DNA of 64,000 nt from an uncultured Bordetella sp. (GCA_964486865.1 CAZAOZ010000002.1:2381-66380); one strand, 5' to 3'. Shown: positions 10,954 to 19,708, counted from the first letter of the stretch. Numbers and translations are program-made. Notes: generated from the sequence alone by a model not told the origin.

Positions 10954-11793
10954 ATGAGCAAGAAAACCGGCACGCGCGTGCTGAAAACTGTTGACGAATA
11001 CGGCAATGTCACGCTGATGCTCAACCGTCCTGAAGTACACAACGCATTCGACCCGGACATGGTGCAGGCGTTGACTGCCGTGTTCGAAGACATCAGCCGG
11101 GACGACACCGTGCGCGCTGTCGTCATCGCCGGCGCGGGGCCGAGTTTCTGCGCCGGCGCCGACATCGTGCACATGCGCAAGAGCGCGCAATTCACCAAGG
11201 CGCAAAACCACAAGGTTGCCGGCGCGTCGGCGCGCATGTTTCACGCGCTGCATACGCTGAACAAACCGACGATTGCTGCCGTGCATGGCGCGGTCCGCGG
11301 CGGCGGCTGCGGCATCGTCGCCGCCTGCGACATCGCCATCGCGACGCGCACCGCGACATTCCGCCTGTCCGAAGTCAAAATCGGCGTGATTCCCGCGATG
11401 ATCAGCCCTTATGTCATCGGCGCCATCGGCCAGCGGCACGCCCGCCGCTACATGCTCTCCGGCGAGGAATTTGATTCCGCCGAAGCCTGGCGCATCGGCC
11501 TGTTGCACGACATCGTCGAGGAAGGGGAACTGGCAGCACGCGTCGGCGGCATGCTCGGCGAGCTCTACACCAGCGGCCCCCATGCCGTGCGCGCCATCAA
11601 GCAACTGATCCCGATCAGCGCGCACAGCCCGATCGGCCCCGACATCATCGAAACCACGGCACGGCGCATCGCCGAAATCCGCGCCACGCCGGAGGCGCAG
11701 GAAGGGTTGTCGGCGTTTCTCGAAAAACGCAAACCGCGCTGGACCGAGCCGCCCAAGACAGCACGCGCCGTGAAGGGCAAGAAAAAGCGCTGA
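10954..11793 (+). CDS. enoyl-CoA hydratase family protein, methylglutaconyl-CoA hydratase (LiuC)-like
   Basis: ORF 10954..11793. Crotonase signature ...AAVHGAVRGGGCGIVAACDIAIA.... Located between the LiuR-like regulator and the HMG-CoA lyase gene. Confidence 0.7.
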   Translation: MSKKTGTRVLKTVDEYGNVTLMLNRPEVHNAFDPDMVQALTAVFEDISRDDTVRAVVIAGAGPSFCAGADIVHMRKSAQFTKAQNHKVAGASARMFHALHTLNKPTIAAVHGAVRGGGCGIVAACDIAIATRTATFRLSEVKIGVIPAMISPYVIGAIGQRHARRYMLSGEEFDSAEAWRIGLLHDIVEEGELAARVGGMLGELYTSGPHAVRAIKQLIPISAHSPIGPDIIETTARRIAEIRATPEAQEGLSAFLEKRKPRWTEPPKTARAVKGKKKR

Positions 11794-11864
11794 TTGCTGC
11801 GCGCGTGGATCCGCCGCGTGGCTTTGCGGCGGCATCCGCCGGCAAGTCATGAAAGGTTTCCGCC

Positions 11865-12770
11865 ATGCCGCTCCCCAAAAAAGTACGCATCGTTGAAGTC
11901 GGTCCGCGCGATGGCCTGCAAAATGAAGCGCAGCCGGTGGCGACCGCTGTAAAAATAGAACTGATCCACCGCCTGCAGGATGCCGGCGTATCCATCATCG
12001 AAGCCACCGCGTTTGTATCGCCCAAATGGGTGCCGCAGATGGCCGACAACGCCGAAGTCATGGCGGGCATCCGGCGCAAACCGGGCGTGACCTATCCGGT
12101 GCTGGTGCCGAACCTGAAAGGGCTGGACGCGGCCATCGCCGCCGGCGCCGAGGAAGTCGTCGTCTTCGGCGCGGCCACCGAAAGTTTCTCCAGACGCAAT
12201 ACCAATTGCAGCATCGACGAAGGCCTGGCGCGCTTTGAACAAGTCGCGCAAGCCGCCATCGCCAAAGGCATCCGCGTGCGCGGCGACATTTCGGTGTGCC
12301 TGGGCTGCCCGTACGAAGGCGAAGTCTCGCCTGCCGCCGTGGTGCATGTGGCGCGCGCGCTGGATGCGATGGGTTGTTATGAAATCACCGTCTGCGACAC
12401 CATCGGCACCGGCACCGCTGGCAAAACCCGCGCGGTCATCGAGGCCGTCGCCCGTCACATCCCCGTCCATCGCCTTGCCGGGCATTTCCACGACACTTAC
12501 GGCCAGGCGGTGACCAACGTCTATGCGGCGCTCGAATGCGGCATCGCGACTTTCGACAGTTCGGTGTCCGGCCTCGGCGGCTGCCCCTATGCCAAAGGCG
12601 CCACCGGCAATGTCGCGACCGAGGACGTGCTGTATCTGCTCGACGGCCTGGGCATAGCAACCGGCATCGACATGAACAGGCTGATCGCCGCCGGCGATTA
12701 CATCTGCGGAGTGCTGGGCCGGACGACGCTGTCGCGCGCCGCGCGCGCGATCCGCGCAAAGACTGCGTGA
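11865..12770 (+). CDS. hmgL: hydroxymethylglutaryl-CoA lyase
   Basis: ORF 11865..12770 starts MPLPKKVRIVEVGPRDGLQNE..., the HMGL-like pyruvate carboxyltransferase domain signature. Confidence 0.88.
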   Translation: MPLPKKVRIVEVGPRDGLQNEAQPVATAVKIELIHRLQDAGVSIIEATAFVSPKWVPQMADNAEVMAGIRRKPGVTYPVLVPNLKGLDAAIAAGAEEVVVFGAATESFSRRNTNCSIDEGLARFEQVAQAAIAKGIRVRGDISVCLGCPYEGEVSPAAVVHVARALDAMGCYEITVCDTIGTGTAGKTRAVIEAVARHIPVHRLAGHFHDTYGQAVTNVYAALECGIATFDSSVSGLGGCPYAKGATGNVATEDVLYLLDGLGIATGIDMNRLIAAGDYICGVLGRTTLSRAARAIRAKTA

Positions 12771-12979
12771 CCGTGCCGGCCGAGTTGCAGCCCGATGTGG
12801 CGTCGCCCTGCGTGTACACCTGCGTGATCGACCAGGGCCACGGCTACTGCCTCGGCTGCTGGCGTACGCTTGCTGAAATCAGCGCATGGCACCGCTACCA
12901 CGCAAACGAAAAATACGCCGTGCTGGCGCAGCTCGAAACCCGCCGCACGACCCATTTCACCACTCCCGCCACGCCCTGA
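12767..12979 (+). CDS. DUF1289 family small cysteine-rich protein
   Basis: In-frame part of ORF 12536..12979 from GTG at 12767, with a GTGA overlap on the lyase stop. VTVPAELQPDVASPCVYTCVIDQGHGYCLGCWRTLAEISAW matches the DUF1289 cysteine pattern as I remember it. Confidence 0.55.
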   Translation: MTVPAELQPDVASPCVYTCVIDQGHGYCLGCWRTLAEISAWHRYHANEKYAVLAQLETRRTTHFTTPATP

Positions 12980-12997
12980 ATTACCGGAGCCCGCGTC

Positions 12998-13552
12998 ATG
13001 CCGTTATCACCCCCCGCCCCCCGTACGCTGAAACACACCCGTGCCATCGAATGCAAAGGCTACGAGCGCGCCGACGGGTTATGGGACATCGAAGGTCATC
13101 TGGTCGATACCAAGACCTACGTCCATTCGCGGCGCGATGGCGGCCGCGAACGACAGCCCGGGCAACCGGTGCACAACATGTGGCTGCGGCTGACCATTGA
13201 TCTGGACCTGAAAATACACGATGCCGAAGCGGTCACTGACGACGGCCCTTATGAACTGTGCGGCAACATTGCCGTCAATTTAAAAAAACTGATCGGCATC
13301 ACCATCGGCCCCGGCTGGCGCAAGGCCATTGCCGAGCGTGTCGGCGGCGTGCAGGGCTGCACGCACCTAGTGGAACTGCTGGGCCCGCTGGGCACCACCG
13401 CATTCCAGGCCACCGGCCGCGCACGCGAGGCGCACAAGGCCGGCAAACCGGTCACCGCAAAACCGTACCAGATCAATTCCTGCCACATCTACAAGGACGA
13501 TGCGCCGGCCGTGCTGGAACGCTGGCCGAAGTTTTATACGGGGCCGAGGTAG
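12998..13552 (+). CDS. DUF2889 family protein
   Basis: ORF 12998..13552 contains ...ERVGGVQGCTHLVELLGPLGTTAFQ.... The GCTHL-containing core is recalled as characteristic of DUF2889. Confidence 0.55.
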   Translation: MPLSPPAPRTLKHTRAIECKGYERADGLWDIEGHLVDTKTYVHSRRDGGRERQPGQPVHNMWLRLTIDLDLKIHDAEAVTDDGPYELCGNIAVNLKKLIGITIGPGWRKAIAERVGGVQGCTHLVELLGPLGTTAFQATGRAREAHKAGKPVTAKPYQINSCHIYKDDAPAVLERWPKFYTGPR

Positions 13553-13613
13553 CGTCATGTTCGGCGACGCGCATCGGCGGCAATGCCGCCGATATCGCGT
13601 CCGCTGCAACTAA

Positions 13614-13625
13614 AGTTAGACCTCG
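13614..13625. repeat. left arm (AGTTAGACCTCG) of a perfect 12-bp inverted repeat bracketing ORF 13626..14204
   Basis: Read directly. It abuts the stop codon (13626-13628) with no spacer. The partner is at 14207-14218. Confidence 0.9.
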
Positions 13626-14204
13626 TCATAACACCGCCGCATAGTCTTCCGGATAATTCTTTCGAAACCACTGGAGAAATTGCCGGTAAGAGGGCGAACG
13701 CGCCTGGGCACGATACTCGCGCCAGAGTTCGAGGGGTTTTGTAGAAAGCTTGGGCACTCCGAAACGAGATGTTCCGAAAAGCGTGTTTACTTTCTGCTCG
13801 TGGGTCTGCGCGTAAACGATGCTGCGAAAACGCTGCAGGCTGTAATGTGCCTTGCGCTTGCCGTGGATTCTCTGTTTTCGATGATCTGGGTAGTCACCGA
13901 GTAACGTTAATGCAAACCGAGTAAGGCCTTCGACGTACCCCGGCCAAAAGTCGTCTTCCTTAAGAGATTCCCCAGCAGCCCATAGCCCCGTCTCGAGCAT
14001 GAACCTGTGCATCTCATCGGTTGTGACGTTTTCGTCCAGATAACGATCAAGTTCCGTGAGAACACGTCGAAGAACCCGCTTCCACTCGGCGGCGCTACGT
14101 GATGTGGCCTTTGCGTCGTTCGACGCGTCGCCAAACAGACGTGCCATCTGAATCTGCATGCTTTTCGGTACCGGGCGTCGAATAGCAGAGCGGGCCTTAC
14201 CCAT
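13626..14204 (-). CDS. hypothetical protein, 192 aa, no family recognised
   Basis: ORF 13626..14204 in the low-GC islet. Hydrophilic and probably helical, with no TM segment or catalytic motif that I can identify. No SD of its own. Its start overlaps the stop of a 21-codon upstream ORF. Confidence 0.55.
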   Translation of the reverse strand: MGKARSAIRRPVPKSMQIQMARLFGDASNDAKATSRSAAEWKRVLRRVLTELDRYLDENVTTDEMHRFMLETGLWAAGESLKEDDFWPGYVEGLTRFALTLLGDYPDHRKQRIHGKRKAHYSLQRFRSIVYAQTHEQKVNTLFGTSRFGVPKLSTKPLELWREYRAQARSPSYRQFLQWFRKNYPEDYAAVL

Positions 14205-14262
14205 GGCGAGGTCTAACTAGTTTGAGATCAAAGGTACCGGAGTAGATTTCTTCTCTTCGCAT
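14197..14262 (-). CDS. candidate leader/micro-ORF (MRREEIYSGTFDLKLVRPRHG)
   Basis: Hand translation. GGAGGA lies 7 nt upstream of the ATG at 14262. The stop TAA overlaps the start of the 192-aa ORF (ATGGGTAA). Below the ORF track size cutoff. Confidence 0.3.
   Translation of the reverse strand: MRREEIYSGTFDLKLVRPRHG
14207..14218. repeat. right arm (CGAGGTCTAACT) of the perfect 12-bp inverted repeat
   Basis: Exact reverse complement of 13614-13625. Lies 2 nt upstream of the ATG of the 192-aa ORF and inside the micro-ORF. Confidence 0.9.
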
Positions 14263-14337
14263 CCGCGTTTCCTCCGTCATGATTCAAAAAATCCACTCCG
14301 GCACCTTTGGCACGTTAACTTTGGTATTCGGGCAGAG

Positions 14338-14571
14338 TCAGACCGATGCGTCGCGAAATGCACGTAATACAGTATTAATCCGCGTTTGGTAGCCGGGGCC
14401 CTGGGCCTTGAACCATTCCAAAACGTCCTGATCAACTCGAAGCGAAATGGAAGCCTTCGACGGCAACGGCTTGAGGCCGCGACGAACGACGCCTCGCACA
14501 ATATGGTTGATATCAGCTTCCGGGTGATCGGGGGTCGGGGTCGCGAATTTGCCCGCGGCCCTGAGACGCAT
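14338..14571 (-). CDS. brnA: BrnA-type antitoxin
   Basis: ORF 14338..14703 trimmed to ATG at 14571, 4 nt after the brnT stop. MRLRAAGKF...SISLRVDQDVLEWFKAQGPGYQTRINTVLRAF matches the BrnA antitoxin C-terminal pattern. Confidence 0.75.
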   Translation of the reverse strand: MRLRAAGKFATPTPDHPEADINHIVRGVVRRGLKPLPSKASISLRVDQDVLEWFKAQGPGYQTRINTVLRAFRDASV

Positions 14572-14575
14572 CCGG

Positions 14576-14851
14576 TCAGTTTTGGATTTTGGTGAAGTAG
14601 ATGTTTGTTTCACGGTGGGTTGCCTTGCGGAACGAGATGATGCGGATTTCATGGGCGGTCTCCGTATGCACGATTGACACAGGAACACCGGCAAGCAGTC
14701 CAAGTGTGACGAAGCGCTGCTCGCCGTAGGAGAATCGGTCGTCTTCGAAGGTAAACGTCACTCCTTCAAACACGCGAGGGGCATCAATGAAATCAAGCCC
14801 ATGCGCTTTAAGATTCGACGTTCGTTTCGTCGCCGACCAAGTAAACTCCAT
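14576..14851 (-). CDS. brnT: BrnT-type toxin (DUF497 ribonuclease toxin)
   Basis: ORF 14576..14851 reads MEFTWSATKRTSNLKAHGLDFIDAPRVFEG...RIISFRKATHRE, the DUF497/BrnT pattern. Toxin-first order is as in BrnTA modules. Confidence 0.78.
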   Translation of the reverse strand: MEFTWSATKRTSNLKAHGLDFIDAPRVFEGVTFTFEDDRFSYGEQRFVTLGLLAGVPVSIVHTETAHEIRIISFRKATHRETNIYFTKIQN

Positions 14852-14926
14852 CGGCTAATTGTATATACGAAATGTAGTGGCGTCAATTACATCCGCGCCA
14901 CCCGGCCCCGCAACAACCGCCTCCCG

Positions 14927-16165
14927 CTACTTCACCACGGTATCGATCACCACTTCGACGCCGCGCGCCCCCACCTGCACCGGCTGACGCAGGCCCTCCA
15001 GATCGCCGGGTTGCGCCGCCGGGCCGCCGGATTTCGCCACGCGCGCACCGACGACCACCGTTTTGAATTGCGCCAGCGTCAGGTTCGGCGCCATCGCGGC
15101 GGATTCGTCCAGCACAAATGCCGCCGGCAAATCCCTGACGCGGTAGCGGCGCACGGCGAGCGGCGTGCGCGGCCCTTCGAGGGCGCGGGCAAATACGAAC
15201 ACGACATCGTCGGGCGCCGCTTTTGCGGCCAGCGCGGCACTCAAGCGCACAGTGCCGCGTATTGAAATCTCCGTGCCGCCTTTTTGCGGGACAGGTTTTT
15301 CGGTGGCCTTGCCGGACCTGGCGGTCGCTCCGCCGGCCAAGCCGCGCGCCTCGGCAATGCTGGCAGCAACCGACGACGCCATCTCGCTGTCCGGAGGCAA
15401 TACTTGCGCCAGGCGCTCCCAATAGCGTACGGCCTCAACGTATTCCCCGGCATCGAATGCCGCGGAACCCGCCAGCGCCAGCGCCTTGACATGATTCGGA
15501 TCCGCCGCCAGGGCGCGGGCAATAAGACGGCGCGGCTCGCCGGCCAGCTTGCGGCCTTGCGCCATGGCCAGCGTGTCCGCGTAATCCGCCAGCAGTTGCG
15601 CGTCGCCGGGAAGCAGCTTCACGGCCTGGGCAAACGCGGCGCTGGCTTCCGGAAACCGGCTCAGCGCGGCATACGACCGCCCCAGCATGCCCCAGCCGGT
15701 GGCGTCCCCCGGTTCAGCCTGCAGGCGCTGCGCCAGTTTCTCGACCATGCCCTCGATCTGTTCAGCGGTCACCGCATGGCCGGCGCCGGAGGCCTTGACC
15801 GCGGCCGGATCCAGCGCCTGCGGATTGCCCAGCACCCAGTACAGCGCAATGGCTAATACCGGTATTCCCGCAATAACGGCGCCGGCGACACCGGCATGCC
15901 CGCGACGCGCAACCGGCTCCGCAGCATGCTCCAGTTCTTCAGCCAGACGTCGCTCCAGATCCTGACGTGCCTGCTCATATTGCTCGGCAGCCAGCGTGCC
16001 GGATTGCAGATCGCGGTCGAGATCCGCCAACTGATCACGGTACAGTCCAACGTTACCCTGAGCACCATCGCCGGCCGCGTTCCGCGGTTTCCGCAACAGC
16101 GGCGGCACCACAAACAGCAGGGCGACTGCAACCAGCAATGCGGCAACGATCCAGAATGCGGTCAT
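14927..16165 (-). CDS. ccmI: cytochrome c-type biogenesis protein CcmI (TPR)
   Basis: ORF 14927..16165. N-terminal TM segment MTAFWIVAALLVAVALLFVVPPLL followed by TPR-like repeats. It is the last gene of the ccm operon. Confidence 0.8.
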   Translation of the reverse strand: MTAFWIVAALLVAVALLFVVPPLLRKPRNAAGDGAQGNVGLYRDQLADLDRDLQSGTLAAEQYEQARQDLERRLAEELEHAAEPVARRGHAGVAGAVIAGIPVLAIALYWVLGNPQALDPAAVKASGAGHAVTAEQIEGMVEKLAQRLQAEPGDATGWGMLGRSYAALSRFPEASAAFAQAVKLLPGDAQLLADYADTLAMAQGRKLAGEPRRLIARALAADPNHVKALALAGSAAFDAGEYVEAVRYWERLAQVLPPDSEMASSVAASIAEARGLAGGATARSGKATEKPVPQKGGTEISIRGTVRLSAALAAKAAPDDVVFVFARALEGPRTPLAVRRYRVRDLPAAFVLDESAAMAPNLTLAQFKTVVVGARVAKSGGPAAQPGDLEGLRQPVQVGARGVEVVIDTVVK

Positions 16166-16626
16166 GACTGCCCTTTGTCGCCGCGCAGCATCCGCGCGGC
16201 TGCGTCGAGTTTATCCGGAGCGGCAGCAGCTTCAGTTTGTTTGCGGCGGCGCAAAAACCGCAGCAGCACAAAAAGCCCGCCGGCCATCAACACAAACGGG
16301 CCCAGCCACAACACCAGGGTCTGCGCCTTGACGGGCGGGCGGTACAGTACAAAGTCGCCGTAACGGTTGACCATATAGTCAAGAATCTCTTTTTCGGATT
16401 TGCCCTGCTTCAACTGCTCGCGCACCTGCTTGCGCAAATCCACCGCCAGTTCGGCGTTCGAGTCGGCGATGGTCTGGTTCTGGCACACCAGGCAGCGCAA
16501 TTCGTTGGCCAGGCGCTGCACCCGCTGTTCCAGCGCGGGGTCATCGCTGGTGGGGCGCGCATCTGCCGCAAATACGCCCGGCGCCGCCACGCACCACAGA
16601 ACCAGCATCAGTATCAATTTATGCAT
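16162..16626 (-). CDS. ccmH: cytochrome c-type biogenesis protein CcmH
   Basis: ORF 16162..16626 carries the LRCLVCQNQTIADSNA motif (CxxC). Confidence 0.88.
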   Translation of the reverse strand: MHKLILMLVLWCVAAPGVFAADARPTSDDPALEQRVQRLANELRCLVCQNQTIADSNAELAVDLRKQVREQLKQGKSEKEILDYMVNRYGDFVLYRPPVKAQTLVLWLGPFVLMAGGLFVLLRFLRRRKQTEAAAAPDKLDAAARMLRGDKGQS

Positions 16627-17146
16627 TGAGTTTGCGCACCAGTGGCAGGATTTTGTCGCGCACGATTTCGGGCGTCAGCGGCCCGATCTGCTTGTAGCGA
16701 ATGATGCCGGCCTTGTCGATCACATACGTCTCCGGAACGCCGTACACCCCGTAGTCGATGCCGGTGCGGCCCTCGGCATCGATGATCGACAGCACGTACG
16801 GATCGCCCCAATCTTTCAACCAGCGCAGCGCATCTTCGCGTTTGTCTTTGTAATTCAGGCCGTAGATCGGCACTACATTCATTTTCGCCAGATTGTTCAG
16901 CACCGGATGCTCGGCGCGGCACGAAACACACCACGAAGCCCATACGTTCAGCAGCCAGACCTTGCCGCGCATGTCGGCGGGGCTGATGATGCGCTGTTCG
17001 GTGGCGTGCAATTGCGGCAGATCGAACAAGGGGGCCTGGCGGTTGATCAGCGGTGACGGCACTTCCCGCGGATTGAGGCCGAGGCCCACACCGAGAAAAA
17101 CCACGATCGCCAGAAAAATGCCTAATGGAATCAGGTAACGGGCCAT
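16619..17146 (-). CDS. ccmG: thiol:disulfide oxidoreductase CcmG/DsbE
   Basis: ORF 16619..17161 (TTG) trimmed to ATG at 17146 (MARYLIPLGIFLAIVV...). WASWCVSCRAEHP thioredoxin motif. Confidence 0.88.
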   Translation of the reverse strand: MARYLIPLGIFLAIVVFLGVGLGLNPREVPSPLINRQAPLFDLPQLHATEQRIISPADMRGKVWLLNVWASWCVSCRAEHPVLNNLAKMNVVPIYGLNYKDKREDALRWLKDWGDPYVLSIIDAEGRTGIDYGVYGVPETYVIDKAGIIRYKQIGPLTPEIVRDKILPLVRKLNA

Positions 17147-17154
17147 AAGAGCGC

Positions 17155-17289
17155 CTAACAAAATGCAAATCTTCCCTCATCCCAACCCTTCTCCCGGAGG
17201 GAGAAGGGCTTTTCATCCCTCTCCCTCCGGGAGAGGGATCGAGGGTGAGGGATGTTTTTGCTATGCACAAAGTTCATTTTTTAGGCGCT
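17155..17289. repeat. REP-like intergenic element, copy A (two nested GC hairpins with conserved flanks)
   Basis: CTAACAAAA...CCCAACCCTTCTCCC-gga-GGGAGAAGGG...CCCTCTCCC-tcc-GGGAGAGGG...TTCATTTTTTAGGCGCT. Copy B at 57834-57917 shares the flanks and hairpin core. Confidence 0.75.
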
Positions 17290-17306
17290 CTAAGAGTATC
17301 CGCAGG

Positions 17307-19274
17307 TCAGGCCGTCGCCCGCGCGGCAACGACGTTCTCGGTCGCGCGTACGCGATACCGACGGTCCATGACCGCCAGCAACCCGCCCAGGGCCATCAGC
17401 AGGCAACCACCCCAGATCCAGTCCACAAACGGCTTGTAATAGGCGCGGACGGTCCATGCATTGTCACCGACCGCTTCGCCGAGGGACACATACAGATCGC
17501 GGGTGAATCCGGTATCAATCGCCGCTTCGGTCATCGGCATGTTCTGCGCCATATAGAGGCGCTTTTCCGGGTGCATCGTCCGCACCTCGCGGCCGTCGCG
17601 CAACACGGTCATCGTGCCGCGGGCCGCAATGTAATTGGGCCCCTTCACTTCGCTGATGCCGTCAAAGCGTATGCGATAGCCGGCAACCGCCACGCTCTCA
17701 CCGACCGTCATGCGCACATCGGTCTCGGTTTCGTAGCCACGGACCAGCGTCACGCCGATGATGAAGACGGCCACGCCGCAATGTGCAAGCAGCATGCCGT
17801 AGTAGCCCGCGGGCTGCAGGCGCATTCGCGACAGCCATGTGCCGGACGTTCCAGCCGCCAGGCGCGCGCGCAGATTGATGAATGCAGTCACCATAATCCA
17901 TATCGCAAGCAGCAGGCCGAATGCGACCAGCGGCTTCCACGATCCCAGGGTCAGGGGCAGCAGCAGCGCAGTCACCAGACTGACGGCAAACGCCCAGCGC
18001 AGGCGATGCAGCAGATCCGGCAGATCAGTCTGCTTCCAGCGCGCGAGCGGCGCGATGCCCATCAGGAAAATTGCCGGCGTCATCAACGGCACGAACACGG
18101 ATTCGAAATACGGGGGACCGACGGAAATCTTGCCCAGGCCCAGCGCGTCAAGAAACAGCGGGTAGAGGGTACCCAGCATCACCGAAGCCGCCGCCGCCAG
18201 CAACAGTACGTTGTTTGTCAGCAACAGCGATTCACGCGATGCCAGCGCGAAACTGCCGCCGCTGTGCACCCGCGGCGCACGCCATGCAAACAGCAGCAAC
18301 GAGCTGCCCACCACCAATACCAGAAAAGCCAGGATAAAAACGCCCCGCTTCGGGTCGGTGGCGAAAGCATGCACGGAAGTCAGCACGCCCGAACGCACGA
18401 GAAACGTCCCGAGCAGCGACATCGAGAACGCGGCGATGGCAAGCAGCACTGTCCAGACGCGGAAGGTGCCGCGCTTTTCGGTAACTACCAGTGAGTGCAT
18501 CAGCGCGGTTCCGATCAGCCACGGCATGAATGAGGCGTTCTCCACAGGATCCCAGAACCACCACCCTCCCCAGCCCAGCTCGTAATACGCCCACCAGCTG
18601 CCGAGCGCGATGCCCAGCGTCAGAAACACCCATGCAATCGTGGTCCACGGTCGCGACCAGCGCGCCCAGGCGGCATCGAGCCGGCCGCTGAGCAATGCGG
18701 CAATGGCAAACGCAAACGCCACGGAAAATCCCACATACCCCATGTAGAGCATCGGCGGATGCAGCACCATGCCCGGATCCTGCAGCAACGGATTGAGATC
18801 GCGGCCCTCCGCGACCGCGGGCAGCAGCCTCTCGAACGGATTCGACGTGAACAGCATGAACGCGAGAAACCCGATACTCACCAGCGACATCACACCCAAC
18901 ACCCGCGCCACCATGTCGTCCGGCAGGTGCTTGCTGAACCAGCTCACCGCCACCATCCACAACGACAGCATCAGTACCCATAACAACAACGAACCCTCAT
19001 GGCTGCCCCAGGACGCAGCCACGCGGTATTCCAGAGGCAGCGCGGTATTGGAATGACTGGCCACATTGGCCACCGAGAAGTCATTGTTGACAAACGACGT
19101 CACCAGCGCGGCAAACGCAATGATCACGAACAGGCACTGGCCCTGCGCGGCAGGCCGCGCGAAATTGACCCAGTTGCGACGCCCGGTTGCGGCGCCGATA
19201 ATCGACAGCGGACCAGCTGCCAGTGCGATGCAAAATGCGATGATGAGTGCGAAATGCCCGATTTCCGGAATCAT
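17307..19274 (-). CDS. ccmF: cytochrome c heme lyase subunit CcmF
   Basis: ORF 17307..19274, 655 aa. WWD-type motif [19 protein letters not shown]. Confidence 0.92.
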   Translation of the reverse strand: MIPEIGHFALIIAFCIALAAGPLSIIGAATGRRNWVNFARPAAQGQCLFVIIAFAALVTSFVNNDFSVANVASHSNTALPLEYRVAASWGSHEGSLLLWVLMLSLWMVAVSWFSKHLPDDMVARVLGVMSLVSIGFLAFMLFTSNPFERLLPAVAEGRDLNPLLQDPGMVLHPPMLYMGYVGFSVAFAFAIAALLSGRLDAAWARWSRPWTTIAWVFLTLGIALGSWWAYYELGWGGWWFWDPVENASFMPWLIGTALMHSLVVTEKRGTFRVWTVLLAIAAFSMSLLGTFLVRSGVLTSVHAFATDPKRGVFILAFLVLVVGSSLLLFAWRAPRVHSGGSFALASRESLLLTNNVLLLAAAASVMLGTLYPLFLDALGLGKISVGPPYFESVFVPLMTPAIFLMGIAPLARWKQTDLPDLLHRLRWAFAVSLVTALLLPLTLGSWKPLVAFGLLLAIWIMVTAFINLRARLAAGTSGTWLSRMRLQPAGYYGMLLAHCGVAVFIIGVTLVRGYETETDVRMTVGESVAVAGYRIRFDGISEVKGPNYIAARGTMTVLRDGREVRTMHPEKRLYMAQNMPMTEAAIDTGFTRDLYVSLGEAVGDNAWTVRAYYKPFVDWIWGGCLLMALGGLLAVMDRRYRVRATENVVAARATA

Positions 19275-19708
19275 GGCTTTTTCCCGCCGTGGGCTTTTTC
19301 GAGAGCGGCCGCGGCTTCCGGCGGCATGTAATTTTCGTCGTGCTTGGCCAGCACCTGCTCGGCACGAAATACACCGCCGGCATCGAGCCGCCCCTGCGCG
19401 ACCACGCCTTTGCCTTCACGGAACAGGTCGGGCAGGATGCCGCGATAAACGACCGGGGTGTAGTGCGCGGTGTCGGTCACCACGAAACGCACCGTTACCC
19501 CATCCGGCTCGCGCGCCACGGTGCCGGTCTGCACCAGTCCGCCCAGCCGGAAACTCTTGCCGACCGGCGCTTCCTTGCTCGCAATCTGGGACGGACTGAA
19601 GAAAAACACCAGGTTGCTCTGAAAAGCATTCAGCACCAGTGCCGTCGCGCCGCCCAGCGCAGCCAGCGCTGCGGCTATGGCCACAAATCGTTTATGTCGC
19701 GGTTTCAT
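19271..19708 (-). CDS. ccmE: cytochrome c maturation heme chaperone CcmE
   Basis: ORF 19271..19708 contains ...[13 protein letters not shown], the heme-binding His region. Confidence 0.9.
   Translation of the reverse strand: MKPRHKRFVAIAAALAALGGATALVLNAFQSNLVFFFSPSQIASKEAPVGKSFRLGGLVQTGTVAREPDGVTVRFVVTDTAHYTPVVYRGILPDLFREGKGVVAQGRLDAGGVFRAEQVLAKHDENYMPPEAAAALEKAHGGKKP

Noticed and set aside
14277-14703. Alternative ORFs around brnA: the 121-aa long form of brnA, the 74-aa minus-strand ORF 14277..14501, and the 69-aa plus-strand ORF 14386..14595.
   Set aside because: The long brnA form would overlap brnT by 77 nt or more. The ATG at 14571, 4 nt after the brnT stop, gives a normal 77-aa BrnA. 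The other two ORFs are out-of-frame overlaps with no motifs.
17163-17270. Peptides such as PSPSGRGIEGEG or PNPSPGGRRAF encoded across the REP-like element, including the start of ORF 17163..18494 and ORF 16614..17270.
   Set aside because: They are artefacts of translating GC-rich palindromic repeats. The same sequence recurs in a non-coding context at 57834-57917.
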